Source: Octopus bimaculoides
Lineage: Eukaryota
NCBI RefSeq assembly: GCF_001194135.2
Contig: NC_068998.1
Span: 15,380,023 to 15,444,022, forward strand
Reading direction: 5' to 3'
DNA: 64,000 bases
The notes under the pieces were generated by a model that did no database searches, had not been told where the DNA came from, and saw nothing but the letters and a program-made list of their open reading frames with translations. Positions within the stretch are counted from its first letter, which is position 1. The number at the start of each line of letters is the position of its first letter. This document shows positions 1 through 14,241 of the stretch, piece by piece. The position numbers were made by a program, and so were the translations under genes.

Positions 1-100
1 GGGGGGGGGGTAAGGTGAATACAGTGGCGAGGTGGGTGAAGGCTGTGATGAGGAGATGTGGGGGAGAGATAGAGAGAGGGAGATATGAGATACACATTAA

Positions 101-315
101 CCCTTTTGTTACCGTATTTATTTTGCGATGTTCTGTGTTTCTTTCAATTAATTTTAAATATAACAAAGAATTTAGCAATATAACTTAGTTATCATTAAGC
201 TATTGTTAGGAACATAAATTGTGACTAGTGGAGAATTTTAATTCAAAACTTATGAAAACAAGACATTTGTATTACAAAGCCAGAGGCGGTTTCAGCCAGG
301 TTGGTATTGAAAGGG
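101..315. mobile_element. piggyBac-like MITE
   Basis: TTAA|CCCTTT...AAAGGG|TTAA; related copies at 4951-5162 and a partial ending at 43300. Confidence 0.75.
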
Positions 316-426
316 TTAAGAAGCTAACCTGACCTCAGCTGATCTCAGTTGTTTTAGTCAATTTATATTTACAAAAAGGGACTTTTTTTGTACCACCACT
401 ACTTTTGCTTTTAATTTCTTCTGTAG

Positions 427-488
427 GCAGAGCAATTTCTCAATGACACAGTCAAAGAACTGCAGACACAACATCAGAATGAAATCAG
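427..488 (+). CDS. Coiled-coil gene exon: [20 protein letters not shown](S)
   Basis: Acceptor ttctgtag, donor gtcagt, phase 2. Confidence 0.75.
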
Positions 489-508
489 GTCAGTCTTTAT
501 TCTAGTGT

Positions 509-565
<57 letters not shown>

Positions 566-991
566 GTATCATCATTGTCATTGTTGTCATCATTATCATC
601 ATCATCTCATCATCATTTTAATGTCCATCTTTTCATGTATGCATGCATTGGACTGAGTTGGTAGAAGTAGATTTCCTGTCACCAGCCCTCACTTGTTTCC
701 AAGCAATGTAATACTTTCCAGAAGCCAGACGTGTATATACAGAACACTGGAAATGAGGGACACTGTTTGTATGACACATACACTCAATTGCAGCTATTTC
801 AAAATGTCAAGACAAGGCAACACAATACACACATACACATGCGTGCACATGCATGCATATCATCATTATCATCATAGGAACACAAGCACTTTCACACCCA
901 CATATGTATATGGTAGAACTTCTGCCTTCCAAACAGATTAAGTCTACATCCCCGAGTAGTAGTAGTTGTACTACCACTGCTGCTGCTGCTG

Positions 992-1039
<48 letters not shown>

Positions 1040-3767
1040 TTACTACAGTTAACTGTTCTTTTCAGGCAACCAGAAGTCACTGTTAGTAAAAGCTGTTCAT
1101 ATTATTTTCCTTAATTTTTTTTCAAGTAAAATTGAAGAAGAGCACTGCAGAGTTATCAAAGAAATTGAAGAGAACCACAGAAACCAGTTTGAAAATTGCA
1201 AACAGGAAATGGAGTCTCAAATAGGTAAGACAATTGAGAAAAGAATTTTATAAGTGGAGACCATTTAGTGTCCAGTTAGTACATGTGAGATAATCATCTC
1301 ATCATAATATTTGATAGGATTATAAATTTGAATTTGAAATCAAGGAATAAGGAAAAAGATGCAAACCTCCACAAATAAATTGTTTGTTGATTTCTATAAA
1401 CAAGAGCTCATGTTCTTATTAGATTCATCAGTATGGCTGGTTAGCTTTGACTGAGGAGACACACAATTAGGTCAAAACACCACTGTGTCTTGAAGTCCCA
1501 TTGCACCAATGAATTGTGTGTGTTATGAAAACACGTCATTTAAAAGGAGGAGGTATCTTCTGATATTAAAAACAACAGTGATCAGATATTCCCACTTGAA
1601 TCTGCTACAGCATATTAAGAATGAACAGATACACTACTATTAGAGCGGAAGGAAGTTATCTAGAAATTAGAGACTTGACCTGAAAGCTTGCAGCACCACC
1701 CGTCCTCATTGCAAGCTTACAAGGACCAGGTGATGGTATGAAACTGGGCAATGGATTAAATCTACCACCCAAATTGGCCACAGTAGGATTTGAACTCTAA
1801 ATGCAATGAACTGGAACAAATATCCTATTTCATGCGCCATCAATCCCACCAGTTCACTGCTCTAGATAGGTACTTTGTTTATCGAATCTGGAAGGATGAA
1901 AGACAAAGAGCAGCTTAATCATCCTCAGATCATATTATAACATCCTAAATAAGGAAAAAACAAAAAAGCACATTAAATAATATTTTCCTGTATTTACAAT
2001 CTGACAGGAGAGTCATGGCTGGAACACTTTCAATCATAGGTCTGCTTCATCAGAACTGACCTGGGATTTAATAGCAACAGCAATAAACCGTGTATATCAT
2101 TTCCATAAAAAAAAAATCCATGGTCCAAGGAAACTGTATCGAAGCACAGTGATATGTGCTTCAATAGGCCAATGAACACACAAAATGTAAAGTTACCTTC
2201 TCGAGTTATGCCGACTCACAAGGGTCAGTTTCCCAGTATCATGGCACATATTCCTCACCTGGATGGGATGCCGGTCCATCACAGGATTGCTCATTTTTGC
2301 CAGCTGAGTGGCCTGGAGCAATGTGAAATGAAGTGTTTTGCTCAAGAACACAATGCATTGCCCTGTCCAGGAATCGAAACCACAATCTTATGATGATCAT
2401 GAGTCTAATACCTTAACCACTAAGCCACATGCCTCCACAGGCCAATGAACAGGTGGTGTTTACTCTTCTCCACATGCGGTGTCAACACTACTGTGTGAGA
2501 AGCAGGTGGTTTAGTCCAGGGGTTTTCAAACTTTTTGACTTGCAGACCCCTTTATATTTCAGGCTTTACCTTAGGGACCCCTTATAAACGCTTATGAAAT
2601 TTATACATAAATATTTGCTTAAAATAACATATATTTTTACATTTATTTATTTAACAATATTTAACAAATAGGTTTATTGTCAATTAAAAGATTTCGATTA
2701 AAAAACATATATAAAATCAAATTGCCCATAAAAAGTATTTGCTGTCCATGGACCCCCTGTCTTGTCCGTGCGGACCACAGTTTGAAAACCCCTGGTTTAG
2801 TCACTGACCCCTCAATCATGAGACAGGTTGGGTATCAGTAGATAATGGAACCTGGCTGATATAGTATTCATCTTCAGTTCATTTATGTATGTCCCCACAT
2901 TTGAAATATTTGTATGAGATATTTTTTTTTTTATTTCCATGTCTTTGTATATTTGGTATCCTGTTAAAAATACAGAAAGCTTGAAAGAACATAATTCCTC
3001 TCTCCAGAGTGCTTTCAATTCATACCGAGCTACTCTTCTAGAAGAAATGGAAAAAGAATGGTCTTATAAGCAGCAAGAGCACGATAAGAAGTTAGAGGCA
3101 GAATTTCAAGAGCAAATCAATGCTTTGCGTTAGTATAAAATACTAACAACCTCATGTGATATTTTGTTGCCTACATCTAATATATCCACTAACACTTTAA
3201 AGATGTATTTTGTCCTCTAGATCAGTGTTTCTCATTAAAGGAGATGGTATCCCCCTCCACGGGTGGGCATCTGGGGATTGGATTGAAAAAGGAGTGGACT
3301 TATTGCCAAGTTTAACGAAATTAAGATCGTTTAAAAATTTGTTTGAACTTGTTAAACATTATTGCAAAAAAAATTATATGGATGGAAACTCTATTGTGTC
3401 TCCTTATTAATAAAATGGGTAAAAATTTCCTTTTTATTTTTGTGAGAGGCTTGATATTTGTTTGATTGAGAACCACTACTCTAGATTACTAACATGGATT
3501 AACATCTACTAATAAAAAGAATTGTGTTGATGAATATTATTGTGTGTGTGGTAAGGCAGCGAGCTGACAGAATTGTTAGGATGCTGGGCGAAATTCTTAG
3601 TGGCCTTTGGTTTATCTTTATATCCTGAGTTCAAATTCTGCTAAGGTTGACTTTGCCTTTCATCCTTTCGGGGTTGATAAAATAAGTACCAGTCAAGCAC
3701 TGGGGTTGATGTAATCGACTTCTCCCTTCCACACCAAACTTGCCAGCCTTGTGCCAAAATTACTGTA

Positions 3768-3813
<46 letters not shown>

Positions 3814-6242
3814 CAGTGTTATAAACTCGGAATCAGAAATACATTTTGGTAACAAACATGTTTTATCAATTAATACCAAGATAATTACCACTGGTATAGC
3901 TGTTATGATACAAGGCTTTATCAGTGAATGCTACCAACATAATTGTAACCAGTGTGACCATTAATACACAAGGCTTTATCAGAGAATGCCAACAAAACAA
4001 TTGCTTTTTGTATCGTTATTATGGTGCAAGGCTTTTAATCAAAAGGATTGACTGTTGTATCATTTAACCTTTTTGCATCAACCCATATGCAACCTCCACA
4101 GTTCCTTTAATCATTTTAGTGTTTATATTTAATTAAATCTGTGCATGATGATTTTATGTAAGAACATTTTTATTTAGTTGTGTTCAATATTTATATATAT
4201 TAACATCCACTTTTCCATACCTTGCGTGGGACAGACAGAATTCGTTGAAGCAGATTTCTTGATGGCTGGATACCCTTCCAGTCACCAATCATCACCTGTT
4301 CCACACCTCCCACATGCAACCACATACAAATATGTTTGTGTGTGTGTATGTGTGTGTGTGTATGTATGGTCAAAATGTAAGTGATAGCCAAAAAATAAAA
4401 GAAGTCGTGTGTGTGTGTGTGCATGTGTGCGTGTGTGTATGTGTGTACATGTGTGTGTGTGTGTGCATGTGCACGCATGCATGTGTGTATGTGTGTACGT
4501 GTGTATGTGTGTGTGTGTGTGTGTGCCTTCAATTTCAGCCTTCTGTCAAAATATACCTGGCCTTGGGGAAATATTACCTGACAGGTAAGGGTTGGCAACA
4601 CAAGTTCAATTCGTGCATGGAAAAGTGGATATTAAAATGATGATAATGGTCTTGGTTGTTGTGGTCATGGTCAGTTGTCATGGTCAGTTGTCATTGTTGT
4701 TGTCATGGTGGCAGTAGTGACATCAGCAATGACAAAGATGTTTGCCAATGTAGAAATACTGTGTGCTAAGTACTTTGACATATCAACTTAACATTGTGCA
4801 TGAGGACACACATATATACATGTGCAAACACATGTGTATATGTGCACCTGTGTCTGTGTGTGGGTTTGTGCATACGTTTGAATTTGTATCTGTATGAATG
4901 AACTGGAATATATTTTACTCATAAATATTATTCTTGTTGCAGTTTACTAACCCATTTGTTACCATTTTTCTGTTGAAATACACTGTTTTTGTTTCTATTA
5001 ATCTTAAAATTAATGAAGAATTTAGTAAAATAACTCTGCCATTGATAAGTTGGTGTTTGGAACATAAATGAATATGAAATTTTGATGGAAGGTTTTAATT
5101 TAGACCACCTTACAGAAAGTTTGTATCCGGGGGCAGTCTCAGGCAGGTTGGCATGAAAAGGGTTAAATAAAACATAAAAAGTCATCATTCTCATCATCAT
5201 CATCATCATCATCTGATCATTTAACGTTTGTTTTCCATGTTGGCATGGCTTGGATGGTTTGACAGGAGCTGGCCAGCCAGAGACCTGTCCAGGCTCCAGT
5301 TGTCTGTTTCAGCATAGTTTCTATGGCTGGATGCCCTTCCTAATGCCAACCATTTTACAGGGTGTGTTGGGTGCTATTTACATGCTACTGGCATGGGTGC
5401 TTTTACATGGCACCAGTACAACTGCATTTTATGTGGCACCAGCATGAGCACGTTTCACATGGCACCAGTGCAAGTGCATTTTACATGGCACTGGCATGAG
5501 TGCAAAAAATAAATTAGTGGATTAACTGTTAATATTTTCACTGTAAAATGGTATTCGACATTATAAGTACCAATTTGAAATGGGAAACAGCAACATGCAG
5601 TGATGACAGTCAGATGATTAGAAGAGTTGCTCTCTTCTGTCTCAAATTTCTGCTTGTAGTGTCCAATTCTAAAGAGAAGAAAAGTTAGAAAAATTTGTTC
5701 TTTCCTCATTACATCATTGTTTTCTTCGAATTTTTTAGGAGAACGTCTTGAGAAAGAAAAGGAGTCAGCAATTGATAATTTGATGAAAGAACATCGTGAG
5801 CAAGAAGAGCAAATGAAAAAGGAACATGAAGAAAAACTGGAGGTGTATACTTTTTTTGGATTTTCTTTAAAGTATATCATTGCCTTTTTTTTTTTTTTTG
5901 ATTTTATAATGCTATACAATATTATAATACTATACAATTGAGAAAAGATTGAATGTTATGCAATACCGTTTCTCTTTGACTTTAAATTTGAGGCCCTGAG
6001 AAATAAGTGAGTGAGAAAATAGATAATGCATGGTTATAATGATGACATGAAGCTGATTTAAGCAGATGGAGTTGAGTGTCTGAGGAAGGAACCACCCATA
6101 TGTCAGAGAAACTCCAGACACTTAATTTCATCTTTTTAGAGCAGCTTCATGCCAAGAGAAGAAATCATTATTATACTCATGCTTTATCTATCTCCATCCA
6201 TCCATCCATCCATCCATACATACATACATTCATACATACATT

Positions 6243-6291
<49 letters not shown>

Positions 6292-7579
6292 CCCACTGTT
6301 GCCAAGTGATGATGATATGAGAGATTGAGCTCCTAATGGTTTCCATAGTGCTCAAGACCTCTTGAAGCTGTTGTCATTATTGTCATTGTCATTTAACATC
6401 CCTTTTCCCATGCTGGCATGGGTTGAACGGTTCAACAGGAATCAACAAGGCATTGAGCCGCAGTAAACTCCTACATCTGCTTTGGCATGGTCTCTACGGC
6501 TGGATGCCTTCCCAAACACCAACCACTTTACAGAGTGTATTGGAGCACTATTTTCATGGCACCAGCACTAGTGAAGTCACTAAGTACTTGCAAGACAAGA
6601 CTCCTCAACTTATTGAAGGAGATGAAAGTATTACAAAAGGACAGAAAGAAGAGGTGAATACATGTCTCACCCAGCTGGTGGGGAGGGGGCCGGAGAGAGA
6701 GAGAGAGATATGGGCAATGGATATGCTTCACTTCACATTACTCAGATTAAGTCATGGGTTTACTAACCATTGACTCTTTGGCTAGAATTTCGAGTAACTC
6801 TTTGTTAACCTGGTTACTTGCAATTCAATCTCTCAATTGAAAATTTTGAAGAAAAAAAAAACAACACAAAAAAACAAGCGGATCAAATTTTCTGAGATGT
6901 GATATTATCATTATTAAACACTGATATATTTAGATTAGTATCCTCATCTTAGCTGTTACAGTTATGACATTTTGGGCCACTGATGAAGTGTAGTAGTTTA
7001 GCTAGTGAGTGTTAGTTCAATCCTTAGGCCAGTCAAAACACTATATACTCTGGTTAAAGCTACATGGCAAATAGGAGAATATCCTTGGTGTGGACAATGA
7101 AAAGAAAACAAACTACTCCTGTGAATTTAAAAAAGGGTTCGATTCAAAATCTTTAGAATGTTACCAAAAACAACAGGCACCTGAAGAATGCTAGAGGGTA
7201 CAATGGTTGAAATGGTTGAAATGTGTGGCTCTAACAAACAAAATGAGAATACTTGATCAAATATATCACTGTATAATAGTGGTTTTAAATTTTGGTACAA
7301 GGTCAGTCATTTTAGGTCAAGAGATAGTCGAGTGCCTCAATGCCAGTGCTCAACTGGTACTTATTTTACTGACCCAGAAAGGATGAAAGTTAAAGTTGAC
7401 CATGATGGAATTTCCAGTGCTATATAAAAAGCATTCTGTAAAGTGGTTAACATTAGAAAGGGTATCAAGCTGTAGAAACCATACCGAAACAGGTGCCAGG
7501 TACAGCCCTCCAGCTCCTGTCAAACCGTCCAACCCATGCCAGTATGGAAAACGGACATTAAATGATGATGATGATTATG

Positions 7580-7610
<31 letters not shown>

Positions 7611-10600
7611 CAATTATTGTAAAGGATCATTAAAAATGCTGTTAAGCATTTAGTCTGACATGCTAATGGTTCTGCTTCTTTCCACCTTATACCACTATGT
7701 AATGAAAATCAAAACGTAATATTTAATTCTAGTGATATAGCTACATATCTATATATCTGTGTGATGGTTGTTTATTACAGTCAATGGCACAATACTATCA
7801 CAATGTGATGCAAGAATTAAAAGAAATGAATTCTCTGAGACATAAACTGAAAGTAAGTAGTTGCTGTTGTTGTTGTTGTTGCATGTATGTCCTCTATGGT
7901 TGCTGCTGCTCTAGTTATGTTGATAATCTTGTATCGTTTACATGGTTTAGTCATTAGACTGCAGCCGTGCTGGGGCACCACTTGGAGGAGTTTATTTTAG
8001 TCAAATGAATCAACCATAGTACTTCTTTTTTTTTTTGGAAAGGCTAGTACTTATTTTATCGGTCTTCTTTGCCAAGCCACTAAGTTACAGGGATGTAGTC
8101 ACATCAACATAGATTGTCAAGCGATATTGGAGGACAAACACTGGCACAAAGACACACACACATGTGGAGAGATATATATGTGTANNNNNNNNNNNNNNNN
8201 NNNNNNNNNNNNNNNNNNNNNNNNNNNNNNNNNNNNNNNNNNNNNNNNNNNNNNNNNNNNNNNNNNNNNNNNNNNNNNNNNNNNNNNNNNNNNNNNNNNN
8301 NNNNNNNNNNNNNNNNNNNNNNNNNNNNNNNNNNNNNNNNNNNNNNNNNNNNNNNNNNNNNNNNNNNNNNNNNNNNNNNNNNNNNNNNNNNNNNNNNNNN
8401 NNNNNNNNNNNNNNNNNNNNNNNNNNNNNNNNNNNNNNNNNNNNNNNNNNNNNNNNNNNNNNNNNNNNNNNNNNNNNNNNNNNNNNNNNNNNNNTGCCCA
8501 AGGTTCCATGCAGTAGGACTGAACCCAGAACTACGTGATTGGGAAGCAAGCTTCTTACCACATGTGGACATGTGGACATGTGATTAGAATACTGCAGGAA
8601 AGAATTGCAAGACATTCTTCAAGCTGAGCCAATTGGCAGGAGACCTAAGGGTAAACCAAGAACAAGATGGTTGGATAATATCCATTATCTCCATTGGTCA
8701 CACTTGAAAATCCAGCAGGCAAGTTTGATGGTTGTTGATTTTGATAGGCCACTATGGAGAAAGTGCTTGAGGGCTCTACCCCCATGACCCTTGCATGAAT
8801 AGTATGTGGTGAAAGGTTGGATAGTTGATTTTAATTGATTCAATGAGCATTGCCTCAAATGTCAAATGTCACCACACCACTCCTCATACCACACAAACTC
8901 TATCTCATTTCGTAAATTCTATTAACTGATTTACATACTCTTTATACTGTTTGTTGAATCTGACCTGAAAGTTTCCTGAATATAGGGAACATAGAACTTG
9001 GTCAATATGATATTATAACTTGGTCGTACCTGATATTATAACTGCAAATAGCTATGTCCTATTTTATCATATGATACATTTAATTTTAGAATACGCAGAT
9101 GGAACTTGAATTCTTAAAAGATTCTCATGCTGACCTTCAAAAGCATTTTAACAACATGAATAAGGAATTTACCAATACTGTAAGTATTCAACATCTGTGC
9201 CCACACACACACACACACACATGCACTTGTATGATGGGCTGGCTTCTTTTAGTTTCTCTTTACCAAGTTCACTTACAAGGCTTTGGTCAGCCCGGTTCAG
9301 TAGCAGAAGACACTTGCCCAAGACGCTACGCAATGGAACTGAACCTGGAACCATGTGCTTGGAATGCAAACTTCTTATCACATGGCCACACCTTCTCTCA
9401 TTAGGCTTGAAAATTATGTAATTATTCTATATTCTGAGTTCAAACCCTGGTGAGATTGAATTGGTCTTTTATTCCTCTGGATTAGATAAAATAAATACTA
9501 ATAATTATTCAATTGACTATATTCCATCATCTACAGAAATTACCCTTATGTTTGATCAAAAGAAATCAGTATATCAATATTGTGATACTTGGGGATGGTC
9601 ATCTTTTGCCAATGAAATACATGTGCTATTTATTTGATCTCCACTTTAGCTTTTATAATTATTATTATTATTATTATTATTAGATTGTTCTGCCTATTCC
9701 ATTCCATTTTGTCTTTGTGTCCCAAACACAGAAAAACAAAATGGAATAGGCAAGCAAGAGGAGACATGCAAAACAGAAAGTCGTTAGAAAGGTTACAGTA
9801 TGTGTGATGAAAGAACTCTGACAAATAAACTAAAAATGATAATGATAATGCTAAAGTGAAGATGAAATGAATTGCATGTGTGTTTAATCAGCAAAAGATG
9901 ACCAATTCCAAGTATAACAATATTTGTTTCAACACACGATTTCACATCAAGAATCTTGCAAAACAAATACATAAACATAATATATCAATATCATCATCAT
10001 CATCGTCGTCGTTTAATGTCTGCTTTCCATGCTAGCATGGGTTGGACGATTTGACTGAGGACTGGTGGACCAGGAGGCGACACCAGGCTCCAATCTGATT
10101 TGGCAGAGTTTCTGCAGCTGGATGCCCTTCCTAACGCCAACCACTCCAAGAGTGTAGTGGGTGCTTTTGACGTGCCACCGGCACGAGGGCCAGTCAGGCG
10201 GTACTGGCGACGGCCACGCTCGAATATATGTAAATCAAATCATTTAAACCACAACCCATTTCATTTACCTTTTTCAGCGAGGACAGTTGAAAGCTTTTGA
10301 AGATAATTTTGACAAAAAAGTTGATGAAGTTGATGACCGTTATAAGCTGAAAATCAATAACCTCTTGATGATGAATTCAGAGCTTCGGACAACATTTCGA
10401 AAGAAATGTGAAGAATTAGCAACTGAGAAATACTGTGCAAGCCAACGCCAGGAAGTTAATATTAAAAAGATCAAGGACACAATAGAGGTAAAAGTTGTAT
10501 TTTGTTATTTTTGTAAATAGCTTCATCATCATCATTATCGTCATCATTATTTAATGTCTGCTTTCCATGCTGGCATGGGTTGGACAGTTCAACTGGGGTC

Positions 10601-11954
10601 TGGGAAGCCAGGAGGCTGTGCCAGGCTCCAATCTGATTTGGCAGTGTTTCTACAGCTGGATGCCTTTCATAACGCCAACCACTCTGAGAGTGTAGTGGGT
10701 GCTTTTTACGTGCCACCGTCACAGGGGCCAGAGGGGGCTGGCATGATATTAAAATATAATGAATGGACAGAGAACCACTGTTTAACCAATTATATCCCTG
10801 CTTTGTATTGCAAAATTCATGTATATCAAGTCAGTAATATGAGACCTTGTAGATGAGACAACACAGGACTGACATGAATGGAGAAATGATATGATGCAGA
10901 TTTGTTGTTTAAAAGATAAGCATTAAAATGAAAAAAGCAGTGATAGTGATGGAGCTCACCAGTTGTCAATCTAGAATGATGACAGTAAGAGAAGCAAGCT
11001 TTGAAATGAAAATGATTGATTTTTTAATTGATTGGTTGAATGTTGAGTAATGACTGGAAGTGGATGATCCGAAATACAGGTGGTTGAAACGAGGTTCCTT
11101 GAAAGGATGTCTGGAATAATGTATAGCTAAAATCAGGGAGTCTCTCCAGGTGAAGCCATTACTTGGCATTGAGGGGTCACAGCTTTGACACTATGAACTT
11201 GAGATTAGAATACTGCAGGAAAGGATTGCAAGACGAATTCTTCATTGACCCTAGTAGGTCAATGAAGAATTTATTTTATTGATCCCAAAGGGGTGAAAGG
11301 CAAAGCTGACCTTAGCAGGACTTGAATCCAGAGCATAAAGAACCAGAAGAAATGCTTCTATAAATCTTAACCATCAAAATTCAGTCCTGTGCCTTATCAA
11401 AAGAAAGAAATAATACGATGTTCTTTTTCCTTGCAGCAACAGGATGTAATTACATTTTATAGCTAGGTGAACTGGACTAGAGAGAGCTAAGTGTCTTGGC
11501 TATGGATAAAGTGAAACTCTCCTGATAAGATATAAAGTTATGATGTTTCATCCAATATACAAATATGCCAGATTACATTATAATTCATAATGACATTTAT
11601 TTTGCCCACTTCGCTGTACATTGAGAAGTACAATTCACTGTTATATAACAGCTGAAATTATCATCATTACAGATACTAAATATATTAATGAAAACAGCAG
11701 TAAACAATGATAATTTTGTTTATATTGAAAAATATTACAATATAAGTATCAGTTTGCTTGCTTCAATGTTTTCTTTCCAGAGTTGCCGACAGAAGAAAAC
11801 AGAGATTCCCAACGTTCCTGGTTTCCAAATTCCATCTCAACCAGCCGACAAAGAAACTGCTGTTGAAACTACGACAGACTCTGCAAAAGACTACCATCAG
11901 TTACTAGACAAAGATTTCTTCAAATGGACTGACATAGTTAAATCGCTTAATTAA
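427..11954 (+). CDS. 3' part (8 exons) of an unidentified coiled-coil protein; the gene starts left of the window
   Basis: Exons 427-488, 1127-1224, 2976-3128, 5739-5842, 7781-7852, 9099-9179, 10278-10487 and 11781-11954 splice in consistent phases into an E/K/Q-rich heptad sequence. Confidence 0.85.
992..1046. repeat. (ACT)n microsatellite preceded by (GCT)n
   Basis: Direct reading; one of many simple repeats, e.g. (CA)n 511-558, (GATA)n 14481-14520, (TA)n 35840-35995, poly-A about 55365-55420. Confidence 0.95.
1127..1224 (+). CDS. Coiled-coil gene exon: [32 protein letters not shown]
   Basis: Acceptor tttttcaag, donor gtaaga. Confidence 0.85.
2517..2794. mobile_element. hAT-type MITE
   Basis: Perfect 16-bp TIR caggggttttcaaact and perfect 8-bp TSD gtttagtc. 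Confidence 0.92.
2976..3128 (+). CDS. Coiled-coil gene exon: [28 protein letters not shown]...QINAL
   Basis: Acceptor tacag, donor gttagt. Confidence 0.85.
3223..3478. mobile_element. hAT (Charlie-like) MITE
   Basis: 8-bp TSD ctctagat on both sides; TIR cagtgtttctca/tgagaaccacta. Confidence 0.85.
5739..5842 (+). CDS. Coiled-coil gene exon: [34 protein letters not shown]
   Basis: Acceptor ttttttag; donor gtgtat is weak but gives the phase 0 needed. Confidence 0.82.
7781..7852 (+). CDS. Coiled-coil gene exon: [24 protein letters not shown]
   Basis: Acceptor tattacag, donor gtaagt, 72 nt. Confidence 0.8.
9099..9179 (+). CDS. Coiled-coil gene exon: [27 protein letters not shown]
   Basis: Donor gtaagt; two in-frame acceptors give starts at 9090 or 9099. 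Confidence 0.82.
10278..10487 (+). CDS. Coiled-coil gene exon: [30 protein letters not shown]...KDTIE
   Basis: Acceptor cctttttcag, donor gtaaaa, 210 nt. Confidence 0.85.
11781..11954 (+). CDS. Coiled-coil gene terminal exon: [16 protein letters not shown]...[14 protein letters not shown]
   Basis: Acceptor ttctttccag, phase 0, TAA stop. Confidence 0.75.
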   Translation, partial: SCRQKKTEIPNVPGFQIPSQPADKETAVETTTDSAKDYHQLLDKDFFKWTDIVKSLN

Positions 11955-13951
11955 TTTATTGCTTGGTTAATCTTTTGACTATGTTCATTTCAATAATACT
12001 ACTCTCTTAACACTTTTTTTTTTACAGTTTTTCCATGCAATCAGGAGTGGATTAAGCCTTTAGATTTCAGATTATTCGGTCAAATGTAATAATTATTTAG
12101 ATTGTTTTGAGTTAATCATATATTATCTCCTGGCTTCAAGATTTTGATGATGCTATTTTTTTTGTTTTTAGAATGACATTGTAGGGTAGGTGTGAAATGT
12201 TAGATCTGGCCAGTTTGAACATAAGTGAGGCAAAATATTTTGGCTGGATATGGCTGGCTTAAATGCTAAAGGGTTTTCAAAAATTTACAAAAGAGAAGTT
12301 AGTTCCCATATCCGTTGTAAATTTGCAAAATGCAAAAATTGCAAATTGACAGACATGTTGGCAAGACAGCTATTATGCTAAAATGATGAATTGTCAACAT
12401 CAGGAGTATTTCAAAATATGATGGAATATTTACTCTTTGGCCTGGATTTAGTTTAAAAATAGAATATGTGATGGCCAATAATGTAATGGTCTTCCAACTT
12501 TAAGGAAAAAGTGAGGCACAGGTTTTCCCTTGGAGGACAATTGTAGGAGGCAACAGATAGTTGAAATCATGTAAAGGATTTCATTTACTTGATTCTCTGA
12601 TTTGCATTTGTGATTAATAACAAAAGTTTAAACTGCATGAGTGCCAGATAACTTCAAAAGTTCAATATGTGCAAGTTTTTGTGTTAAGTTTTTGAAATTC
12701 AGGAACAGAAAGATAAGGAGATCAGATAAGTTTATTTTGGGTTATATTTTGATTAAAGAATTCATCATCATCATCATCGTTTAACATCCGCTTTCCATGC
12801 TAGCATGGGTTGGACGATTTGACTGAGGACTGGTGCAACCGGATGGCTACACCAGGCTCCACATTTTAATTTCCACTTTCCCATGCTTGCATGAGTTGGA
12901 TGGAGTTGAATTTGAGTGAATTTTTTTATGGTTAGATGCTCTTCCTGTTGCCAACATTCACCTGTTTCGAAGCAAGGTAATATTTCTTCATGGTCAGACA
13001 TGTTCTCATAGGATACCGGAAATGAATGATACTGCTTTTATGACAGTGACAATCAATTTACAATTATCACATGATATCAAGACAAGGAGACACAAATATA
13101 CACACACTCACATACACATGTATATACAAGCTTCTTTCAGTTTCACTCACAAGGCTTTGATTGGCCCAAGGCTATAGTAGAAGACACTTACCCAAGGTGC
13201 CATGCAGTGAGACTGAACCTATACCCTTGTGGTTGGGAAGTGGACTTCTTACCATACAGCCATGCTTAGGCCTGTCTGTGATGGTTGATAATTAGTGAGG
13301 ATTTTCATTAACTAGAAATCATCAATATTTGTTCTAATAACACTTTTAGTTTTCCATTTTCTCAATATCACACCAAGATAATTATCTACATTCTCCTCAC
13401 CACTGAAAATTCCTGATAACATATGAATCCTATAATCTTTTCAACTTATCTAAAGCCATTTTATATTTCACTTAGTCACTTCTATTTTAATTTTCCTTCT
13501 GCATTTTTAATATAAGTTTCTTACACAACCAAATACTTCAAGGTTTGATCCCCACTGTGACACCGTAGGCAAATGTATATAGAGATGTACACATCCACTT
13601 CTAAGCTATTGGTCCATGTGAAATTACAGAAGCTTGGTATGTGTGTCTGTCTGTGTTTTCTGTATTCATGCTTACACTAGACAAAAAACTGTTGTTGTTT
13701 ATGCTTTACAGTTTATATCCTGTAACTTAGCAGGTTGACAAATAGCAACCACTAACACATATACTTGACTGAAATAAGAACTGGGTCAATATAATCAACT
13801 AAAACCACTTAAAGAGGGCACAGTCCAATAACTGAAACTAGAAAAAGAAAAAAGTTTTTTAAAACTTTTTATACTTTGAAAAAACTTCTGGAAATAAAAA
13901 TAATTTAAATAGAATAATTAAATAAAATAAAAAATAAAAATAAAAAATCTT

Positions 13952-13987
13952 TTTATTATATCAAATAATTCTTTTATTTGATTTATT
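13952..13987 (-). terminator. Candidate USP8 polyadenylation signals (3 x AATAAA on the minus strand)
   Basis: tttatt at 13952, 13973 and 13982, about 255-290 nt past the USP8 stop. Confidence 0.5.
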
Positions 13988-14241
13988 GGAATAAAAATGA
14001 AAACATATTTAAAATTTCTTTTTTGTTTGTTTCACTGCATTAACTTTACAATATTTTTCTCCACAGATGTATACATCCTCCAGACATTTCTCCAAGTATT
14101 GATATTTGCATAAAGTTTTTTTTCTAAACATTATTTGCAAATAGATGAAATTGTTATCTTCACTCTGTGTTGTCATTCTTACTCTGGTCCTTTTTTACTT
14201 AAAAAAAAAGGACCTTCATGATGTCAATTAACTCCCATCTC

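Noticed and set aside
4178-4640. ORFs rich in HT/CV/YI/poly-T/poly-D
   Set aside because: Translations of (CA)n, (TA)n, (ACT)n and (GAT)n microsatellites, not genes
8085-8615. Long ORF-track entries containing X runs (also 15758-16355, 32440-32763, 42152-43076, 61483-61795)
   Set aside because: Artefacts of translating N gaps
11430-11466. Alternative terminal exon QQDVITFYS* for the + gene
   Set aside because: An acceptor-like sequence only; too short and unsupported
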